Below, one piece after another: positions 58,158 through 64,000 of a stretch of DNA of 64,000 bases. Position numbers and translations under genes: made by a program. The notes under the pieces were generated by a model. It was not told where the DNA came from and made no database searches. It saw nothing but the letters and a program-made list of their open reading frames with translations. This DNA is from Candidatus Poribacteria bacterium. Lineage in GTDB: Bacteria > Poribacteria > WGA-4E > WGA-3G. The stretch's first letter is position 1. Each line of letters starts with the position of its first letter. Location: NCBI GenBank assembly GCA_965197475.1, contig CBDANF010000003.1, positions 928,001 through 992,000 of the forward strand. Direction: 5' to 3'.

Positions 58158-59327
58158 TCAAAATGTGGTGCGTAAGGTTTGTGCTTGTCCTGTCTCAGCT
58201 GATCGATAACCAGCATCAAAAATCTCTATGACGTGTCGCGCATGCTCCGCAGTAACGATGGTAGGTTTATCCTCACGGATCCAGTCAACAAGCTGCATGA
58301 TGTCTTCATACACATGTGCTTCCCGTATGCTTAGGTGCGGTCCGATGACGTGCGGTAGTTCCCCTTTTGGCGCATCAATCGGTTTGCCGTTGATGGTGCT
58401 GCCTTCAATTACACCTGCTGTCCCGTTAATTGCCAATCCGCCTTTGATGGCGTGCCCTGCCGCTGCACCGTAGATAAAACCGAAGAAGGCATCACCGAAG
58501 TCAAGCAGAATAAAGGTGTTATCGTCCATATCGCATGGAAGCATCTCGCCTCGGAATTCACGTTCCTTGACGCGCACACCTGAGAAAGCGGTCACCCGCT
58601 GGACGGGTCCAAGGATGCCAGTCATCGTATGCAATCCGTAAACGGTCATGTCGTAGAGTGGACCGCCACCCGGTTTTCGGAAGTACCACGCGGGGTTGAT
58701 GTTTGAGAGGACATCGTCACCATGTCGGACAGATTCACCCTCGTGGTATCTACCGAAAGAGGAACCGGTTGCTGCCCACGTCAATGTTCCAATTGCTCCA
58801 TCGTTAATGAGCCTACGGATTTCTTGATGAATCGGACGCAGCATCTGTCCGGGGGATGCCACTAATTTGACACCTTTGCGTGCTGCTGATTCGATCAGAT
58901 CATCTGCCTCATCAACGGTGGTTGTCATTGTCTTGTTGAAATGCGCATGTAGACCGTGTTCAATAGCGAGTTTTCCCTGCTCGTAATGAAGCCCGATTGG
59001 CGATGCGATGCTGACAGCATCAACATGTCCATCTGCCAATAGTTCTTCGTAAGTTTCGTAGGCGTGTGGAACATTGAATTTTTCGGATGCGGCTTGTGCT
59101 CTGCCGGGGACTGGGTCGCAGACAGCGGTAACCTGTAATCTATCTTGAACGTCATCTTGTGTGAGGTGCGGTAGAATTCCTCGCACAGCAATGCTTCCGA
59201 CACCAACTACACCGATACGAACTCTGTCATTAGTCGCCATGATATTTCTCCAAAAGGCATGAAAATATATTATTGCCGCCACGATGTTTGGTGTTGCCAC
59301 CCGACAGCGTTTTTGAGTTTGTCGCAA
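58158..59327 (-). CDS. Gfo/Idh/MocA family oxidoreductase
   Basis: IGVVGVGSIA and GGGPLYD. The start is probably at MATNDR (~59240). Confidence 0.9.
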   Translation of the reverse strand: MRQTQKRCRVATPNIVAAIIYFHAFWRNIMATNDRVRIGVVGVGSIAVRGILPHLTQDDVQDRLQVTAVCDPVPGRAQAASEKFNVPHAYETYEELLADGHVDAVSIASPIGLHYEQGKLAIEHGLHAHFNKTMTTTVDEADDLIESAARKGVKLVASPGQMLRPIHQEIRRLINDGAIGTLTWAATGSSFGRYHEGESVRHGDDVLSNINPAWYFRKPGGGPLYDMTVYGLHTMTGILGPVQRVTAFSGVRVKEREFRGEMLPCDMDDNTFILLDFGDAFFGFIYGAAAGHAIKGGLAINGTAGVIEGSTINGKPIDAPKGELPHVIGPHLSIREAHVYEDIMQLVDWIREDKPTIVTAEHARHVIEIFDAGYRSAETGQAQTLRTTF

Positions 59328-60154
59328 TTGATAAACGATTGATGTCCTTGAAGCGTCCGAACTTTTGGAAGAAATTCCGGCTTAAAACGCTCCACCAGTT
59401 CAAGAGAGGGTTCTAAAGCAGAGGTGTCATCTGCATTAAGAAAGTAAACATCGTGCGGCGGCAGTGTGTCCGCCTTTTCCATGATCAAGCGGTGCGCGCT
59501 CGCTACGTCTTCACTTCCTACCCAACACCAGAGCCAAGGTGTCCAACCTTTTGTTGACTTCGCATTTTCTGCCATCTGTTTTCTTCGTTCTTCTGGTGTG
59601 ATACCGGCGGGACGGGTGATGTAGGTCCGGATGCCGTAGGCACGTGTATAACTCGCCAATAGGTCTTCACCACAACGTTTAGAGAAACTATAGGAATCTT
59701 CCGGATAGCAGGGATGCTCTTCGTCCAATGGCAGATAATCTATCGGCATGTGGGTTTTGCTAATGCGAAACCCGTGCCCCAATGCACAATTACTGCCGGA
59801 CATCACCACCGTTTTCACGTCTGCTTCAATTGCGGCTTGCATGAGGTAGTAGGTGCCGAGCATATTGGTTTTGAAAGTTGCATCAAATGGGATGCCTTTC
59901 TCTGCGGCACTTGTACGTAAATCGGGATGGTCAACAGGATTGGGTTGTGCGCCGAGATGTTGGATTGCGTCTACGCCTTCTACAGCGCGTTGGCAGTCCT
60001 CGAAATTGTTTAGATCGCCTAGAATAAATGGTAGTTTAGAAAATTCATCAGGGGGTTGTCTGCGAGACATTAGAACAAGTGTATGTTTTTCTGCCAATTC
60101 CCGGATGACATACGTGCCGAGTCTACCGCTTGCACCAGTTATCAATACTTTCAT
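59270..60154 (-). CDS. NAD-dependent epimerase/dehydratase
   Basis: ITGASGRLG and YSFSK. Confidence 0.9.
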   Translation of the reverse strand: MKVLITGASGRLGTYVIRELAEKHTLVLMSRRQPPDEFSKLPFILGDLNNFEDCQRAVEGVDAIQHLGAQPNPVDHPDLRTSAAEKGIPFDATFKTNMLGTYYLMQAAIEADVKTVVMSGSNCALGHGFRISKTHMPIDYLPLDEEHPCYPEDSYSFSKRCGEDLLASYTRAYGIRTYITRPAGITPEERRKQMAENAKSTKGWTPWLWCWVGSEDVASAHRLIMEKADTLPPHDVYFLNADDTSALEPSLELVERFKPEFLPKVRTLQGHQSFINCDKLKNAVGWQHQTSWRQ

Positions 60155-60345
60155 GAAAAACCTTCCATATTAATTTAACGCAACGTTTACGTTGAATTCA
60201 GTTGACAGGTGTCAGTGTGTTGTTTATTATTGTAATAGTATTATACTAAAGTTTGGGCAATTTCTGTCTGTTTCATGTTGTGTTCTCAAGTATTCTATTT
60301 TTCTATGAGTTTGTGCAAAGTTGTAACTCACAGAAAACTATTATA

Positions 60346-60619
60346 ACGTGAGTTTGATAATTAAAAACTGGTAAATAGAGAACCCCTTTGTTATTATGAA
60401 GTATATCAAATACGGACAAAGGAGTTCTCTGATGGATATCATAACACTTTTCTGTGAAATTGACGACTTTTTTCTTGCGTCCGAACAATATCAAGCACAA
60501 CACCAGTTACTGGAAATCCCCGGAACAAGCAATACCCGTGGCAGACTTCGGTGTCTTCATCCGAGCGAAGTCATGACGATACTTGTGCATTTTCATCAGA
60601 AGCAGTATAAAAATCTGAG
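60346..60619 (+). pseudogene. IS982-family transposase 5' fragment truncated by IS1
   Basis: MDIITLFCEIDDFF...LHPSEVMTILVHFHQ...YKN with AGGAG SD; ACGTGAGTTTGATAA end-like sequence. Confidence 0.75.
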
Positions 60620-61560
60620 AGTATTGGTTAAATAATGATATTCATGTTTTCTATTCCGTCGAGTTTTAAAATGTCAAACACGTTGCCATTGACACGAAAT
60701 CGTGCGAACAAAGCAATCGTCAAATCCACCATTTCTATGCTTTTGGAAACAATAATGGACTTGCGCTTGAAGCGTCCGAACCAGTGGCGCATCCGACCAT
60801 TGTTGCGTTCAATGCGATGCGTCTCCGCTTTATCCTGAACATGTTTTACGGCAGGTAGGACCGACTCATAGACCTGCCATTTGTCTGTGTAATATATCTT
60901 AGCATTGAGGGTTGAGAGCCTTGCCGTGAGTTTTTCAAGGGTTTGTTTATCACGCCCACCACATTCCCAGTCAATGAGGTATCCTGTGTTTCTGTCAAGT
61001 GCCTTCCATATCCAGAGTTTGTTTTTCTTGTTCCCAATATAGTGCCACATCTCATCAAGTTCCAAGCAGACGGTGGTGCCGGGTGTGAGTGTTTGTTTCG
61101 GTGCCTGTTTTTTAGCAAAGGTGCGTATCCATTGAAGCACAGTTGTTACGTGGCATCCGACAAGTTTTGAGATAGCATTCATTGAGATGCCGTGGCAATA
61201 TAAGAGAACGGCGAGAGTTTTCTGTGCTTGTGGTTTCCCCCGGGGTGTTGTGCGCGTCCATTGATAACCGCAGTTTTTGCATTTATAGCGTTGTTTAGTT
61301 TTGACGAACCCGTTTTTGACGAAGTGAGTGTGTTGACATCTTGGGCAATTCTTCATGGTGTCCTCTATAGAGCAGCGAGTTTGTTTTCAATAAGGATATA
61401 GGTTTTAGATACATCTGTCAATCAAAATCAGTTTATTAGTTTGATTTTGATTGACAATTTTTGTCATAAGTGTTATCATTAACTCTACTCTAATTGAAAT
61501 GTGATGCAGAGTGGTTCAGAGGGTACCCACTAATTACCGCATCATTATTTAACCAATACC
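60620..61560 (-). mobile_element. IS1-family IS (single-ORF transposase 60628-61356)
   Basis: IRs GTATTGGTTAAATAATGAT / ATCATTATTTAACCAATAC(C); CPRC...CKNC, ELDEMW, YTDKW and IERNN motifs. No TSD is visible. Confidence 0.88.
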
Positions 61561-61649
61561 CTCTTGTCTGTGTGAGGTACGGCTATTTTGTGTGATACGC
61601 AAGCGAATAGACGCAACGCAGAAAGCCCATACCCCTTTACAGAAACACA

Positions 61650-63233
61650 TTGGAAATTAGCTACCTGTCAAGTATGACGCAGGCAGCTAATAAAGGAGAT
61701 ACGGATATGATGGCATTTGTAAAAGATTATTGGAAATCTTCTCTACTCGGTGCCCTTGGCGCACTCGTGTTGCTCTACATCGGGATCTTTATTTATGACA
61801 GATTGATCCCGAACGCAACACGAGAAGTAGCAAGTGCAGACACCCACAACACCGCGAAACCACCTCCACCCGGTGCAACACCCGGCGGACATTGGCACGG
61901 AGGCGAATGGCACGACGCACCGCAGACCTCGCCGCCAAAAATCAAACGCGTGCGTACCAAGACGAATACCCGCCAAAACCCTTCCCTGAAGAACATTGGT
62001 CCCATAATTCCCATTACTAGTCCCAAGCCGCCGCCATCTCTTCCAACAGATATCCAAACGCGCCTCAAACAGATATATCGGCAAATGGTTGCAGCAGGAA
62101 CAATGTACGAGATACAGGATGGCAGCCTTGAAATTACCGAGGCAGCGCACAAACGAAGGTATGAAGTGCTTGTCGGTGATATGATCCCAGAGGATGCTGT
62201 CGCCTTCCTTGAAACACACGGAATTTATAACCCCATCATTTTAGACAAACTGGAACCTCGTCGTGCTATTGACTATCTCTATAAAGTGAAGGCGCGTCAG
62301 AAAGACAGAGAAACCTATGCAAGAAGTGTCCTTGCCAGAGACCCAGGCAATCCGGATGCCCAAATGGTGCTGCTGAGTACTGAACCAGATAACGCAACAG
62401 CGGCCGCAGGATACCGAAACATTGTCGCTAAGGATCCTAAAAACATCCGTGTGCTCAACAGATTAGGATATCGACTGCATTACGACCATCCAGAAGAGGC
62501 AATTCAGTACCTAAAGAAAGCAAACAACCTTGACGCTACACGCGGTTTATATAATTTGGGGTTGGCGTATGAACGACTCGGCGATGTCAAAACCGCATGG
62601 CTCTACTACAGAAAGCAGCAAACGATACAGAACGGTGACCTCGTTGTCCTACACAAACGCGCGATTGAAATGGGCAAACCCTTATATAAGTCGATTTCGC
62701 GCACATCTTCCCCGATACCTGAATCCGATGAAATGCTAATGGACATCGGAGATATGACACACGAAGAAACGTTTGCACCGGTTGCTGAAGAAACCCCTCG
62801 GCTCCCGGAACTCCTACCCGAAGAACGCCACACATCGGAAAATCAACCGATAAACAAAGAAGACCGAAAAGCTGCACGTGCTGAAGCTGCACGTGCAGAA
62901 TTCCAACGACAGCAGACAGAATTCCAACAGCACGCTGCCGCACAGCGAGAGTTGGAAGAATTCCTCAAATGGGCGGAAAGCATCATGACCGCTGACGAGT
63001 CTATTGACTTTGATGACTTCCTCTCAAAGGAGTTCGCGGCACACCTCAAGGGTGGCGATGCCCTGTTTGAACCGGAACGTACCGTCCGCGCTTTTGAAAT
63101 GATTGAACGATACGGTCCTAAAAAAGGCTTACAGAAGCTTAAAGAAAAGGACCCCGAACTTGCGAAACAGATGGAACGTCTTATTGAAGAAAGGCGACCA
63201 CCTCGCCGCAACAACCCACAAAACAGAAAATAA
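61650..63233 (+). CDS. Membrane-anchored TPR-containing hypothetical protein with GGHWHGGEWH motif
   Basis: N-terminal TM (start probably MMAFVK after AAGGAG), TPR-like LYNLGLAYERLGD and a coiled coil. Confidence 0.75.
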   Translation: MEISYLSSMTQAANKGDTDMMAFVKDYWKSSLLGALGALVLLYIGIFIYDRLIPNATREVASADTHNTAKPPPPGATPGGHWHGGEWHDAPQTSPPKIKRVRTKTNTRQNPSLKNIGPIIPITSPKPPPSLPTDIQTRLKQIYRQMVAAGTMYEIQDGSLEITEAAHKRRYEVLVGDMIPEDAVAFLETHGIYNPIILDKLEPRRAIDYLYKVKARQKDRETYARSVLARDPGNPDAQMVLLSTEPDNATAAAGYRNIVAKDPKNIRVLNRLGYRLHYDHPEEAIQYLKKANNLDATRGLYNLGLAYERLGDVKTAWLYYRKQQTIQNGDLVVLHKRAIEMGKPLYKSISRTSSPIPESDEMLMDIGDMTHEETFAPVAEETPRLPELLPEERHTSENQPINKEDRKAARAEAARAEFQRQQTEFQQHAAAQRELEEFLKWAESIMTADESIDFDDFLSKEFAAHLKGGDALFEPERTVRAFEMIERYGPKKGLQKLKEKDPELAKQMERLIEERRPPRRNNPQNRK

Positions 63234-63279
63234 AAGGTTCCCATATTTGAAACCCCTTTCACAAAAAAGGAGAACTATT

Positions 63280-64000
63280 ATGAGAATTATATCAATTTTA
63301 GCTTGCACCCTTTACCTTCTGTGTCTTTTCAACCATGGAGGCACCACTCTCGTGGCAGAGCAAACAGAATCCATAGATATTAATGTGACAAACCATGAAA
63401 CCTTGCTTCAAGGTTGGCGACCGTACGCTGACACCGATCTGACGTTTGAGATAAAGGTCACCGTACCTGCCGATTTTGCAAGTGGCAAGCTGGTCGCAGC
63501 ACTCCAGAATGTGACAAACTACCTTGGTAAAAGTGGAAATGTGCCCAACAGAATTGTCTGTCCAACCGAAAAAGAGATAGCTGACCGCGAATCGTTTGAG
63601 ACTAACTTTCCGGAACATAGCGAAAATCTGCCTGAGCTTAGGTGCGAAACAGGTTCTTCCAGCACAGACCAAAGTCTTGATCTACAGCTGTTTAAGGAAA
63701 AGGAAATAGACGGCCAAATGGTGAATGTAAATGTCGGTTGGTCGATGGATGAGAGTACATTCAGTTACACCTTCAGTACCAATGACGAAGGGAAGGTGTC
63801 AACGATTAATCTCCGCGTTGACTGTATGGACTATGCCGCTTATGGCGAATTAGTATTGACCGCATCAGGTTCTGGCTACACATCAAACACAATCGTCATA
63901 AAGATACCCAAAGATACAAATGGGAACAAAATTGCCGACTCCTGGCAAAACGATATTACTGTGGACTACGATCCAGATGCCGATACTGATACAGGTCCCA
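63280..64000 (+). CDS. Secreted hypothetical protein, partial (runs off the window)
   Basis: AAGGAG SD; MRIISILACTLYLLCLF... open to the window end, with DTNGNKIADSW Ca-binding-like motif. Confidence 0.7.
   Translation, partial: MRIISILACTLYLLCLFNHGGTTLVAEQTESIDINVTNHETLLQGWRPYADTDLTFEIKVTVPADFASGKLVAALQNVTNYLGKSGNVPNRIVCPTEKEIADRESFETNFPEHSENLPELRCETGSSSTDQSLDLQLFKEKEIDGQMVNVNVGWSMDESTFSYTFSTNDEGKVSTINLRVDCMDYAAYGELVLTASGSGYTSNTIVIKIPKDTNGNKIADSWQNDITVDYDPDADTDTGP

Noticed and set aside
63298-63672. Minus-strand 124-aa ORF and many other short overlapping ORFs in the track
   Set aside because: They are shadows of longer, motif-supported genes on the opposite strand or in another frame.

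Overview
Bacterial chromosomal window, most likely from a sponge-symbiont Candidatus Poribacteria-like organism. This is an inference from the DUF1501 and DUF1549-DUF1553 proteins, a sulfatase, a C-terminal 'KL..WG.LK' sorting-like motif, a membrane-anchored ECF sigma factor and lectin genes. Housekeeping blocks (alr, potBC, pyrD, pyrB, moeB, oxidoreductases) alternate with defence and mobile DNA. The defence loci are a two-subunit Type II-like restriction-modification locus, whose second subunit carries a 2x[4Fe-4S] ferredoxin domain, and a Type III R-M locus with a duplicated ABC-ATPase+PIN pair and a RAYT/REP module between mod and res. Mobile elements include IS630, three IS1595 elements, IS5, IS1, and IS982 and ISAs1 remnants. 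Most notable: (1) Two ~2.3 kb cargo-carrying IS1595 transposons share one architecture: an inward sigma70 promoter, then an ~80-nt pseudoknotted RNA whose fold is conserved while its sequence covaries, then variable small cargo genes each preceded by a hairpin, convergent on the transposase. (2) Two selenoproteins are hidden from the ORF track, each with an in-frame UGA followed by a SECIS hairpin: a cytochrome c-WD40 protein ending in a GMT-U-GA-C HMA domain, and a rhodanese-MoeB. (3) An Ntox37-like toxin ORF at the left edge is missing from the ORF track. All assignments were made by eye; no database searches were run.
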